Shown piece after piece: positions 18,614 through 29,189 of a DNA stretch of 64,000 bases; position 1 is the stretch's first letter; each line of letters starts with the position of its first letter. A program made the position numbers and the translations under genes. This stretch comes from Cyanophyceae cyanobacterium. Lineage in GTDB: Bacteria > Cyanobacteriota > Cyanobacteriia > Cyanobacteriales > JBHJGN01. The notes beneath the pieces are model-generated. The model saw only the letters and a program-made list of their open reading frames with translations. It was not told the DNA's origin and did not search any database. The stretch lies in NCBI GenBank assembly GCA_050331735.1, contig JBHJGN010000001.1, positions 37,869 through 101,868 of the forward strand. The letters run 5' to 3'.

Positions 18614-18811
18614 TTAGCTTAATGAAGCTTGAGAGCGGTCGTAGGTGTTGCGAAAGCTGGAGTGGAGTTTGCCCTGAACAGTGCCTTCGTAGTTTTCTGT
18701 AACCTCTAGCCCAATTTCAGCCGCTGCTCGGCCCAACATAGATTGCTGACGATTTTTGATTGTGTGATGATGCCGATGCATTAAAGCACGAGCTTGTTCT
18801 TGAGTAGACAT
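18614..18811 (-). CDS. small hypothetical protein (65 aa)
   Basis: Internal ATG 18811 is preceded by AGGAGG (18820-18825 region, minus strand). MSTQEQARALMHRHHHTIKNRQQSMLGRAAAEIGLEV... Own terminator downstream. No family recognised. Confidence 0.45.
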   Translation of the reverse strand: MSTQEQARALMHRHHHTIKNRQQSMLGRAAAEIGLEVTENYEGTVQGKLHSSFRNTYDRSQASLS

Positions 18812-19247
18812 GGGACTTCCTCCTAATTGCTGACTGCTAATGGAATGATTGCTTTGATGGCTTACAAATATAATGCTAGCAATTTTCTGTATCATTTTTT
18901 ACAAAAGTGCTTTGACATAAGCAATAAAAATATCTCAAGCCAGTAAAATAAAAAAAAGCAATTAGAATCTCTTGACCGACCGTGTTTATTTTTCGTCCAT
19001 TGAATAATGGACTCAAGCTCACGCTATCTTCACGTTCTTGTGATACTTTAAGCACCGCGATCGCTCGTCATCAATTCATCAGATTCGTCATTTACAGCAA
19101 CTTAACAAATATCTGCCGTTTAAGAACTCTTTAAGACTTTAAATAGATGCAATGGCCTTTAAAAGCGCTTTTTTGCTCGCTTTAAGTCTTTATAGTCGGG
19201 CAGTTTAACTAAACAACCTTAAACGCAGACACCTAAGCTTTCCAACA

Positions 19248-19529
19248 ATGCCTATCACGGACTTTTTTTTCGGATACTTCATCTTTGCCTTGCTCTTTTT
19301 CGGTGTTGGTCTTCAAGCTTTGCTCAAAGATTCTACAACCCCCAAAACTCACTGTGAATCTTGGCTAGCGTTATCAATCGTATTTCTGTTTTGGCCGCTT
19401 GTCGTTGTCTGTGCCTGTCAGGAACTAGCAATCAGAGAGCTACGCACTAATCGCGGCGATACCGCAGATAAACAAGCGGAAAGAGCTATTGTGAATGCGA
19501 TCCAATCCACTCCTGCAAAATGGAATTGA
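19248..19529 (+). CDS. hypothetical small membrane protein
   Basis: 93 aa with two predicted TM helices (FFFGYFIFALLFFGVGLQALL; WLALSIVFLFWPLVVVCAC). The 3' end overlaps the convergent hydrolase gene by 44 nt. Confidence 0.35.
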   Translation: MPITDFFFGYFIFALLFFGVGLQALLKDSTTPKTHCESWLALSIVFLFWPLVVVCACQELAIRELRTNRGDTADKQAERAIVNAIQSTPAKWN

Positions 19530-20382
19530 CAAGCTCTGGAGCTTCATCTTGAGGACAGTGCCCCAATCCTGCTAAAGGAACGAATTTTTCTACGGCGGCA
19601 TAGTCAGCATAGTTGCGTCCTAGCGCGATTGGTTCCCACGGATCTTCCTCTCCCCAAAGAATAATTGTTGGACAGGGTAGATTGGGCAATAAATCTTCTG
19701 GCAGTGGCCCTTGCGAATACCGAGTAAACGCTAGAAAAACATCAGCGGCTCCCACATCAGCGGCTGGCTTCATCAACATCTCTACTAGTTCATCGGTGAC
19801 CGCTTCTGGATCTCGGTAGGCCTGCTTGAGAATGTTGCGCACCACTCTCGGTTTGGCAATTTGCCCAAAGAAAAAATTTCCCACTCTTCGATTCGCCAGA
19901 AGCTTCTGAAATAGAGGAGCTCCAATCCGGCGATACCAGGGCAACCCACCTCGCTTGCGATCGTGAAGTAGCCGAAGCGAGCAGTTAAGCGCAGCAATGC
20001 CCAAAGCAATTTCTGGAGACTCTACCGCCGCCTGCATAATCACAATACAGCCAATCGAGTTGCCAACCAAAAAAGCCGGACCGCCCACCACTTCGCAACA
20101 AAAATCAGCAACCTGCTGTCCCCAAGTTTCAAAAGTATAGGCAACGTCTTGGGGATTTGGTTTAGCTGAGGCCCCAAAACCAATCAAATCAAGTGCATAA
20201 CAGCGACAGGTTTTTCCCAGCACCGGAAGATTTTTGCGCCAGTGCCCCCAGGAAGCTCCAAAGCCATGTACCATAACGACTGCCGGTCCAGAGTGGCCTG
20301 TTGTTTGATAGCAAATCGAATAGCCTCGCCAGGTCCAGGTTTGAGGAGCGTTTAATTGAGTGAGGAGATCGGCAGACGACAT
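19486..20382 (-). CDS. alpha/beta hydrolase fold protein
   Basis: 298 aa. HG oxyanion motif VVMVHGFGAS, nucleophile elbow GNSIG, C-terminal GHCPQDE (catalytic His). Confidence 0.8.
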   Translation of the reverse strand: MSSADLLTQLNAPQTWTWRGYSICYQTTGHSGPAVVMVHGFGASWGHWRKNLPVLGKTCRCYALDLIGFGASAKPNPQDVAYTFETWGQQVADFCCEVVGGPAFLVGNSIGCIVIMQAAVESPEIALGIAALNCSLRLLHDRKRGGLPWYRRIGAPLFQKLLANRRVGNFFFGQIAKPRVVRNILKQAYRDPEAVTDELVEMLMKPAADVGAADVFLAFTRYSQGPLPEDLLPNLPCPTIILWGEEDPWEPIALGRNYADYAAVEKFVPLAGLGHCPQDEAPELVNSILQEWIGSHSQ

Positions 20383-20389
20383 GGAGAAT

Positions 20390-20424
20390 GAGCAGTGAGC
20401 AGTTACCAGTTACCAGTTACCAGT
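20390..20424. repeat. heptamer-periodic tandem tract (GAGCAGT x2, TACCAGT x3)
   Basis: Five consecutive 7-mers ending in CAGT, 8 nt upstream of the hydrolase start codon. STRR-like. Confidence 0.8.
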
Positions 20425-20493
20425 GTAGTGCTTAGTCCTGGTATCTTGAGGATAGAATATTGTTGAGCGAAATACCATGAGTCTATTTGAGCA

Positions 20494-21387
20494 GTGCCGC
20501 GACAATTTTTAGGGTCTGAAGTTGAAACCGCCTATGGAGCGGCTAAAGCCGTTATTTTGCCCATTCCCTATGAGGCCACAACGACTTACCGGAGAGGCTG
20601 CCAACATGGGCCAGCAGCTCTCTTAACGGCCTCAGACCAGCTAGAGGCCTACGATGAAGAACTAGAACGAGAAACCTGCTTTGAAATTGGCATTCACACT
20701 CATGCAGCGATCGCCGATACTCGCCCTGGCCCAGTTGCGGCTCAAGACATGCTTCAAATAACGTCTCAAACGGTATCGCGGTTGCTGGCAGAACAAAAAT
20801 TCGTGATTGCCATCGGCGGTGAGCACAGTATTACCGCCGCAGTGGTGGCTGCCTACCAGCAGGAGCATGGGCCATTTACGGTCATTCAGATTGATGCCCA
20901 CGGCGACCTGCGTCACGAATATGAAGGCTCTATCTACAACCATGCCTGCGTAATGCGGCGCATTGTCGATCTGGAGTTGCCGACTTTACCGGTGGGCATT
21001 CGCAGTATTTGCTTAGAAGAAGCGCAACTGATTAAAAAACACCAGATTCCGGTGGTGTGGGCTCGGGAAATAGCCACCAATCCCGACTGGATTGAAGCAG
21101 CGATCGCCCGCATTGCAACGGACAAGGTTTTTATCACCATCGATGTTGACGGCATTGACCCTAGTTTGTTACCGGGAGTCGGCACCCCAGAACCCGGAGG
21201 ATTAACCTGGTACGCTCTCTTAAAGTTTTTGCATCGCCTTCACCAAACGCATCAGGTAATTGGGTGCGATGTCATGGAGTTGGCCCCAGTCGTGGATTCG
21301 GTGGTTTCTGAATTTACGGCGGCCAAATTGGTGTATAAATTGATCGGCTACCAGGGGATGAGTCGAGGATGGTTCAAGCAGCAGTAA
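20494..21387 (+). CDS. ureohydrolase family protein (agmatinase / guanidine-hydrolase-like)
   Basis: 297 aa with GTG start. Mn-binding motifs GGEHSIT, QIDAHGDLR, ITIDVDGIDP, EPGGLT. The exact substrate cannot be read from sequence. Confidence 0.8.
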   Translation: MPRQFLGSEVETAYGAAKAVILPIPYEATTTYRRGCQHGPAALLTASDQLEAYDEELERETCFEIGIHTHAAIADTRPGPVAAQDMLQITSQTVSRLLAEQKFVIAIGGEHSITAAVVAAYQQEHGPFTVIQIDAHGDLRHEYEGSIYNHACVMRRIVDLELPTLPVGIRSICLEEAQLIKKHQIPVVWAREIATNPDWIEAAIARIATDKVFITIDVDGIDPSLLPGVGTPEPGGLTWYALLKFLHRLHQTHQVIGCDVMELAPVVDSVVSEFTAAKLVYKLIGYQGMSRGWFKQQ

Positions 21388-21542
21388 CCGGTGACCGAAT
21401 CAATCTAGTCACTGGTCATCGACTAAGCGCCATCTCTGAATGCTCAGCACTGCTAACTGAGTTAACGAGTCACTGATTAGTTGGTAACTGATTACTGATG
21501 CCTGCTAAGATGTTGAGGCAGTCATTTAATTGTTAACCGTAG

Positions 21543-22815
<1,273 letters not shown>

Positions 22816-22818
22816 AGA

Positions 22819-22870
22819 AAGTTTGCAGGATCAAGGACTAGCGTCAGTGGCGATCTCATCCTGCAAACTT
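22819..22870. terminator. long-stem hairpin between convergent frr and rpiA
   Basis: 13-bp stem AAGTTTGCAGGAT (22819-22831) / ATCCTGCAAACTT (22858-22870) with a 26-nt loop. It occupies almost the whole 56-nt spacer. No clean U-tract. Confidence 0.35.
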
Positions 22871-22871
22871 G

Positions 22872-23582
22872 CTAGAGTTCCCGCACCAGCGGCTTGCCAT
22901 CTTGGATTTCTCCGACTAACACGACATCAGCAACACCAACAAACAGACCGTTTTCTAAAACTCCCGGAATATTGTTGAGCGTTTTTTCTAGGGTGGCGGG
23001 GTCGCCAATGCTCTCGAACTTGACATCGATAACGAGGTTGCCCTGGTCGGTGACTACTGGACCAGCCTTTCTGACTCCCATGCGCAGTTCCGGCTGACCG
23101 CCAAGCTTTTTGAGTGCCCGCATCACGGGGGCGAGCGCCATCGGAATCACTTCGACTGGCAGCAAGAAAGTCGACCCTAGGCGATCGACTAGTTTGCCGC
23201 TGTCTACCACCACGATAAATTCTTCGGCTAAGGAGTCAACGATTTTTTCTCGCGTATGAGCTGCGCCTCCTCCTTTAATCAGATTCTTGTTCGGATCGAC
23301 TTCATCCGCTCCATCGATGGCGACATCAATGCGCTCGATGGCATCTAGCGTGGTGAGCGGGACGCCGTACTGTTTGGCTAATACTTCTGCCCCAAAGGAA
23401 GTGGGAACGCCCACAATATTGTCAATCTCGCCTTTAGCGAGGCGATCGCCTAAATACTCGATGGTGTAGGCGGTTGTTGAACCCGTGCCTAGGCCAACCA
23501 CCGAGTTTGACTGAACGCGTTCTGCGGCTTGTTTCCCCACTTCTTGCTTCATCAGTTGAACGGGGTCGTCTTTATCGGCCAT
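22872..23582 (-). CDS. rpiA: ribose-5-phosphate isomerase A
   Basis: [36 protein letters not shown]. Confidence 0.9.
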   Translation of the reverse strand: MADKDDPVQLMKQEVGKQAAERVQSNSVVGLGTGSTTAYTIEYLGDRLAKGEIDNIVGVPTSFGAEVLAKQYGVPLTTLDAIERIDVAIDGADEVDPNKNLIKGGGAAHTREKIVDSLAEEFIVVVDSGKLVDRLGSTFLLPVEVIPMALAPVMRALKKLGGQPELRMGVRKAGPVVTDQGNLVIDVKFESIGDPATLEKTLNNIPGVLENGLFVGVADVVLVGEIQDGKPLVREL

Positions 23583-23813
23583 TTTTCAAGCTCCTTCTAT
23601 CATGTTTAACAATGTTTTCATTGGGCTTTTCCTCCCCATCCTGATTAACTGAGCAAAGCAACGGTAGTTAGCTGAGTCTACCGATGACTTTGCCCTGGAG
23701 GCTCTGACTATGGGCTGTTAGCGTCCGCAACGATCGAACGATACGATGACGGGTCGAGGTCGCTCGCCTCACCAGGACTAGACGCGAGAAAACACAGGTT
23801 AGCTCTTGACCGC

Positions 23814-24269
23814 TTAGGAATTGGTTGTCTGTGCCGCTAGCATCTCTTTGAGCTTCGCTAGCTCATCAGCCCAGCGCGGATCTGGCTGTACAGAACCACT
23901 ATTAGAGCTACTGTCTTGGCGAGACCGTTTTTTGCCTCGCTTGTTCGGTGTGCTGGTCGGTTTGGCTGGCGATTCTGACGCTGGAGCAGCACCAGAGGGC
24001 TCTTCGCCTTTGCCTTTTGAACGGGGCAGCGCTTTTTCGATCTTGAGCGCACTTTCTCTAAAGGACTGACCGTTGTATTTTTCGATCAGTTCATCTGCCA
24101 TTTCATCGGTGGGGACAGTGACAAAAGCAAAGCCTCGACACTTACCGGTTTTACGGTCTTTGATCACCTTAGTTGAGACGGATTCGCCAGCGTCAGCGAA
24201 TACTGCCTGTAAATCGTCACGCTCGATGGGTTCTTTTGGCAAATTACCAACGTATAAGCGAACTGACAT
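23814..24269 (-). CDS. RRM-type RNA-binding protein with long basic/Ser-rich C-terminal tail
   Basis: RNP2 LYVGNL and RNP1 CRGFAFVTV in the first ~85 aa. The C-terminal ~65 aa is low complexity. Confidence 0.85.
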   Translation of the reverse strand: MSVRLYVGNLPKEPIERDDLQAVFADAGESVSTKVIKDRKTGKCRGFAFVTVPTDEMADELIEKYNGQSFRESALKIEKALPRSKGKGEEPSGAAPASESPAKPTSTPNKRGKKRSRQDSSSNSGSVQPDPRWADELAKLKEMLAAQTTNS

Positions 24270-24786
24270 AAAATGACCTCCAAATTTGGCTTAATAATTT
24301 ACTGTATTTCTGCAAACTGAAAAAATCGGGACAGACACAGGTTCTCCCGATAGCAGTCCTGATTGCTTTTTTCGACTCGGCTTGGCTGTGTCAAAACGAC
24401 CGTCCTTGTCAACCTCATCACCAGGAATCGGCGGATATTCGCTATTCAAAAATCTTAGTGGCAGACTGAACCCGATTTTTACTTCTTCTTTGATTATTAC
24501 AGAATGTTTACGTGATTGATCACCGGATTGTGATTTCGCCGCTAAATTTGGTGCTCGCCTCCTCAAAAATTAAGGCTTTGTTCGTTTTGAGCAGTTCTAG
24601 TTGAAATCGGCTGCTAAAACTCTTCATAAGCTGATGATTCAACCGAAAGTACACCCAAGGGAAGAGGGACATCTTGTCAAACGATTGTTACATTACTTAA
24701 ACTAAAGACAGCAGTGCCCACAAGCATTGTTGATTGTCCTTAGTTGAGTGACACAAACAGTAACCTTATAGTAGGGGAGTTTACCA

Positions 24787-24975
24787 ATGTCTCAACCAGC
24801 CCAGCTTACGCTAGAGCAGCAGTTTAACGTTCGCTCCTTTGAAACCCAGGTGAAAAGGATGAGTCGAGAACAAGCTCAAGACTTCTTAGTCAAACTGTAT
24901 GAACAGATGATGCTCAGAGAAAATATGTACAAAGAGTTCATCAAGCATCAGTGGGGCATTGAGCCGACTGCATAG
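24787..24975 (+). CDS. nblA: phycobilisome degradation protein NblA
   Basis: 62 aa. LTLEQQFNVRSFETQVKRMSREQAQDFLVKLYEQMM matches the NblA helix-loop-helix pattern (LS.EQ.F....F..QV..MS.EQA..FL..L..QMM). Confidence 0.85.
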   Translation: MSQPAQLTLEQQFNVRSFETQVKRMSREQAQDFLVKLYEQMMLRENMYKEFIKHQWGIEPTA

Positions 24976-25133
24976 CAAGAGCGCCAGTGATACTGGACGA
25001 CCTCCTTCTCTGGCTCGGTTCCAACTGGAAAAAAGCTGGGGATCTGGGGCGTCACCACCAAACTTTGTCAGATTACTATTGCCCGCGTCAATCTTTCTGC
25101 TAGGGTAAAGGGAAACTAAGCACTTCCTTACGT

Positions 25134-26012
25134 ATGTTTCAGCGTTGCCTTATCTGTACAGATTTCTCAGACGGTCTGGAGCGCCTTGTTAGTTTCGTTC
25201 CCCAGTTAGCGAGCAGCGGACTACAGCAAATCGTTTTTTTGCACAGCGTACCTTTGTGGGAGCAGGGCAGCATCCCAAGAGTGGATGAAGATAAAGTCGC
25301 AGCAGCCAAAGAGCACTTATCGCAAGCCCTCAACAAGGTTCCTGAAGGAGTTGACGTTAGGATAGAAGTTCCTTCAGGCAAACCAACAGATCATATTCTT
25401 CGGACCCTCAAAGAATACCAGAGCGAGGTTGTTCTGTTGGGAACTCCAGTGCGTAGCTCACTCCAGGAGAAATTTGTTGGCAGTACTAGTATGGGGCTAG
25501 CCAAGCAAACGCCCACTCCCCTGATGATCTTTCGTCCCCAACTGATTACCACCTATACTCAAGAGGAATTGGCCCTACGCTGTCAGCACCTGTGGCGATA
25601 CTTACTGATTCCCTTCAACGACAGTAAAACCGCTCAGTACCTCATCGAACGGATCAAAGACTATACCCAAAACTGCCCCTCAAGCACCTTAGAAAAGTGC
25701 ATGCTCATCTGGGTAATTGAAGATGGACCACGCCAGGAAGTGATTAGAGAAAGTCGGCGCGAAGAGGCTCAGAAGAAGCTAGCAGCGGTAAAAGCCGAGC
25801 TAGAGGAGCTTGGGTTGCAGGTGAATACAGCAGTCAGAGAAGGTAATGGTCTACAGGAAATTTTGCAGGCTGCCCTCACCTTCGACATTAGCGCGATCGC
25901 CATTGCCACCGATTATCGCAGCAATCCGCTGGAGTGGACAGTATCAAGCTTTGCGAACGAGGTGTTGCATAAAAGTTGGTTTCCACTGCTGTTTTTCTCT
26001 CCCAAAAAGTAA
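25134..26012 (+). CDS. universal stress protein, tandem USP domains
   Basis: 292 aa. Two Usp-like halves (CLICTDFSDG...VVLLGT..RS....F.GST and a second half ending IAIATDYRSN). Confidence 0.7.
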   Translation: MFQRCLICTDFSDGLERLVSFVPQLASSGLQQIVFLHSVPLWEQGSIPRVDEDKVAAAKEHLSQALNKVPEGVDVRIEVPSGKPTDHILRTLKEYQSEVVLLGTPVRSSLQEKFVGSTSMGLAKQTPTPLMIFRPQLITTYTQEELALRCQHLWRYLLIPFNDSKTAQYLIERIKDYTQNCPSSTLEKCMLIWVIEDGPRQEVIRESRREEAQKKLAAVKAELEELGLQVNTAVREGNGLQEILQAALTFDISAIAIATDYRSNPLEWTVSSFANEVLHKSWFPLLFFSPKK

Positions 26013-26039
26013 CCACCGCCCTTGGTGCGGGGAAAGGGA
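26013..26039. repeat. solo hairpin + G-tract module
   Basis: The 27-nt spacer between convergent stop codons (TAA 26010-26012, TTA 26040-26042) is CACC-GCCCTT-GGTG followed by CGGGGAAAGGGA. Confidence 0.6.
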
Positions 26040-27560
26040 TTAACTAATCAGTGACGAACGAGTATAAACGGACTTGAGCTTGAGCAGAATTTGCGGCTTG
26101 AGCTTTTGGTACTCTTGCTTGAGGAGCTTTTTGCTGAGCTGCGGAACGTTGGGAGGAACAATTTGACTAGCGTTGGCCCAGTCTTGAAGGCGATCGCACA
26201 TTCTCGGGGCGACCGTTGAAGCAAGAATATTTTTAGGACGTTGCGGTTCACCAAGAGCAAATAACAAGATTTTGTAGTCTCCAGATTGGGCTAAAGCTCG
26301 CACCGCTTCCTGTCCGAGGTTAGACTTCATATCGAGGTAGCAAGGCAGCCAGCGAGGACCGTACTCGCGGTGATACAGAACCGAAATCCACAGCAGCATC
26401 GGATGGGGAGATTTGGTAAACAAAAACTGATTGTAGCGAGTACAGGGCATGCGTTGAAGAATTTCCTGATGCTCTAGCATGACGCAAAGAGTGACAATCC
26501 TTTGCCGGGGCATGTGGACTAAGTAGGGAAACACAATTTTTTGTTGTGGTTTATCTTTAGGCCAAGCCGTGTAGAAGCAGATTTCGTCGGCAGAGGGGAC
26601 AAACGTACAGGTCTCGTCCTTGTCTCCCTGTTGTCGGGGTTGGGCAGCCGGAGAGGGTTGTTGAACTGAGCCTCCTTTTTCTAATTTTTCGAGGACAGAA
26701 AGAATCTCGGTAACGGACTGGGGGCGAGCGTCCGGCGTTTTCGCCAAACACTGCATAATTAATTCTTCTAGCTCTGAAGGCAGGTTAATCTCTTTAGCAA
26801 ACGGGTGCGGTTCGTATTCACGATGGGCTTTATACCAGCCGCCAAAAGAAGAGGTTTCGGGCAGCAGGGGCATTTCGTTGGTGAGCATCTCGTACATCAT
26901 GACCCCGAAGCTATAGATATCCGAGCGGCTGTCAAGTTCTTGGCCTTCGATTTGCTCGGGTGAACAGTAGGCTAAAGTTCCCATAAAAGAATGGGTTTGA
27001 GCGTCATTATCCTGAATTAGTTTGGCAATCCCAAAGTCAAGAATTTTGACTAGCTCTCCTAAAGAGGGATCTTGGATGACAAAAATATTGCTCGGCTTAA
27101 TATCGCGGTGGACAATTGGGCAGAGCTGCTCCTCGAAAATAATCCCTTGATGAGCGCTTTGCAAGCCTAAGCCAATTTGGCGAGCTAGCTTGAAGAATCG
27201 CGGGAGCGCGAGGGGGCGCAGTTCAAGAACGTCGTCAAGACTTTCTCCGGTTAATAGTTCCATCACATAGAACGGAACCTTGTGTTCATCTACTCCGTAG
27301 TCTTTCACGCGCACAACATGAATACTCTTCTCTCCCAACAGAGCGCTGATCGTGGCTTCCTGTTCAAAGCGTTCCCGCATCCTCTGATTCAGGAGCGTCT
27401 GCGAGAGGAACTTGACGGCTACAGTAACGTTACCCAGCAAAGTATCTTGGGCGCGATACACCTGTCCCATTGCACCAGTGCCAATTAGATCGACAAGACG
27501 GTAGCGGTTGGCAAGCAGGCGGGGAGAATGAGATGACATAGACGCAAAGACCGAATGCAA
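26040..27560 (-). CDS. serine/threonine protein kinase with uncharacterised C-terminal domain
   Basis: Hanks kinase motifs GTGAMGQV, VAVK, HRDIKPSNI, DFGIAK, SPEQ in residues ~20-290. Residues ~330-506 match no domain I recognise. Confidence 0.85.
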   Translation of the reverse strand: MHSVFASMSSHSPRLLANRYRLVDLIGTGAMGQVYRAQDTLLGNVTVAVKFLSQTLLNQRMRERFEQEATISALLGEKSIHVVRVKDYGVDEHKVPFYVMELLTGESLDDVLELRPLALPRFFKLARQIGLGLQSAHQGIIFEEQLCPIVHRDIKPSNIFVIQDPSLGELVKILDFGIAKLIQDNDAQTHSFMGTLAYCSPEQIEGQELDSRSDIYSFGVMMYEMLTNEMPLLPETSSFGGWYKAHREYEPHPFAKEINLPSELEELIMQCLAKTPDARPQSVTEILSVLEKLEKGGSVQQPSPAAQPRQQGDKDETCTFVPSADEICFYTAWPKDKPQQKIVFPYLVHMPRQRIVTLCVMLEHQEILQRMPCTRYNQFLFTKSPHPMLLWISVLYHREYGPRWLPCYLDMKSNLGQEAVRALAQSGDYKILLFALGEPQRPKNILASTVAPRMCDRLQDWANASQIVPPNVPQLSKKLLKQEYQKLKPQILLKLKSVYTRSSLIS

Positions 27561-27774
27561 CTAATCAGCAAAAATATGGCTCCGTGATTTAGGTTGCCCG
27601 AAAAAAGCCAATCGCATTCAGTTTGAGCGTGAAAAAACGAACCGAAATGAATCGAAAAGGATCATCGATGGCAGCAGCCAGAAAGATAGAGACGGTAATA
27701 CCATTTACCGAAAGTAGTCAGATAGTTCCCAAACCAACCAACAATTGGAGGTTCAAGGGCAAAGAGCTGCTGTG

Positions 27775-27795
27775 CTTCCCTTTTCCCTTTCCCCC
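27775..27795. repeat. solo C-rich G-tract fragment of the repeat family
   Basis: CTTCCCTTTTCCCTTTCCCCC in the anmK / kinase intergenic region. Confidence 0.45.
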
Positions 27796-27976
27796 AACTC
27801 ATCAAGTCTCCTATTACTTTTTCTAATTGGTATAAGACGCACTGAAAGCGATTCTAGTCAGGCATTCTACTGATCGACAAAGGCGGTTCCCACTAACCAC
27901 GAACTCTCGCTCAAGTAACGTTATGGCTATTTAAACGGATGTGATATTGCTTCTGACCCTTGCTAGTTTCATCAAA

Positions 27977-29158
27977 CTAAACGATCGGCCAATGAATATC
28001 TCCAAGAAGCATTGGTTGTCTTGCGCCGGTGACGAGCGGCAAATTGCCCGGAATGGATTGATGACGCCAGTAGGCAAGCACAGCAAAAGCGATCGCTTCT
28101 TTGTAATCTTCGTTTAGTCCGGCGGCATCGGTAGTCATCACGGCGGCTTCCGACAAACGACTCTGGAGACGCTGTTTCAGATAGAGATTGCGACTGCCTC
28201 CACCGCACAGGAGAATTTCATCGGGCAGTTGCGGAAGAAAGGTGCGATAGCTCTGGACAACAGAAGCCACCGTTAGCTCTGTTAAGGTAGCAAGCCAATC
28301 TGAAGAGCTTAACTGGTAAGCGGCAGCATCCTGCCAACACTGCTGAAGATAGGCTTCCCCAAATAGCTCTCGACCGGTAGATTTCGGCGGCGGCTGGCGG
28401 AAATAGTCCTGGTCTAGCCACCGCTCCACTAACTCCTGACAAGGCTCGCCCTGGGCCGCCCAATTCCCATCGCGGTCATAGGTTTCCCTTCCTTGGGTAA
28501 GCTCCTGCACCGCTAGGTCAATCAACGCATTCCCAGGCCCCGTATCCCATCCGGCAATCTGCTGCTCCCAGTTTTCCGGCTCGCGAGCCGGCAGATAGGT
28601 AACGTTGCCAATGCCGCCAAGATTTTGAATACATCTCCGTCTCTTTGGATGACTGAGGACACAAGCATCCACTTTAGAAACTAGCGGTGCCCCCTGACCG
28701 CCTGCTGCAATATCTGCTGCCCGAAAATTACTCACTGTGGGAATGCCTGTTAAGTGAGCAATCACCTCGCCTCGTCCAAGCTGAAGGCTGTAGCCCAACG
28801 AGGAAGTAGACTGAAGCCCTTTCCCCTCCTTGCCCTGTGCCAGGGTTGCCCTTGGCGCTCGATGAAAGACCGTTTGGCCATGAGAACCAATCAGGGTAGC
28901 GCCAACGCCTGCGCTAATCTCTTGAGCGGTTCGAGCGAAGCTGTCGGCGATCGCCTCATCTAGCTGGGCAAGCTGCGCCATTGCCAGAGAAGCCCCACCG
29001 CATACCGCCAAAATTTGCTCTCTGAGGTCTGCCGGATAGGGAAAAGTATCTCCCGCCAGCAGCTCGACTGCTAAATCTGTCTCGGCTCCGGTCACTTTGA
29101 CGAGAGCAGCATCAATGCCATCAACCGAAGTCCCACTGATTAAACCAACAATTTTCAT
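27977..29158 (-). CDS. anmK: anhydro-N-acetylmuramic acid kinase
   Basis: N-terminal [47 protein letters not shown]. Confidence 0.88.
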   Translation of the reverse strand: MKIVGLISGTSVDGIDAALVKVTGAETDLAVELLAGDTFPYPADLREQILAVCGGASLAMAQLAQLDEAIADSFARTAQEISAGVGATLIGSHGQTVFHRAPRATLAQGKEGKGLQSTSSLGYSLQLGRGEVIAHLTGIPTVSNFRAADIAAGGQGAPLVSKVDACVLSHPKRRRCIQNLGGIGNVTYLPAREPENWEQQIAGWDTGPGNALIDLAVQELTQGRETYDRDGNWAAQGEPCQELVERWLDQDYFRQPPPKSTGRELFGEAYLQQCWQDAAAYQLSSSDWLATLTELTVASVVQSYRTFLPQLPDEILLCGGGSRNLYLKQRLQSRLSEAAVMTTDAAGLNEDYKEAIAFAVLAYWRHQSIPGNLPLVTGARQPMLLGDIHWPIV

Positions 29159-29189
29159 GTCCCCCCGACGGTTAACTAACCCGATCCAC

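Noticed and set aside
24291-24566. 91-aa ORF between the rbp gene and nblA, and a search for a canonical NtcA box (GTA-N8-TAC) upstream of nblA
   Set aside because: The ORF is low-complexity and lies in the probable rbp 5' leader. I could not find a properly spaced GTA-N8-TAC by eye, so no NtcA site is claimed.
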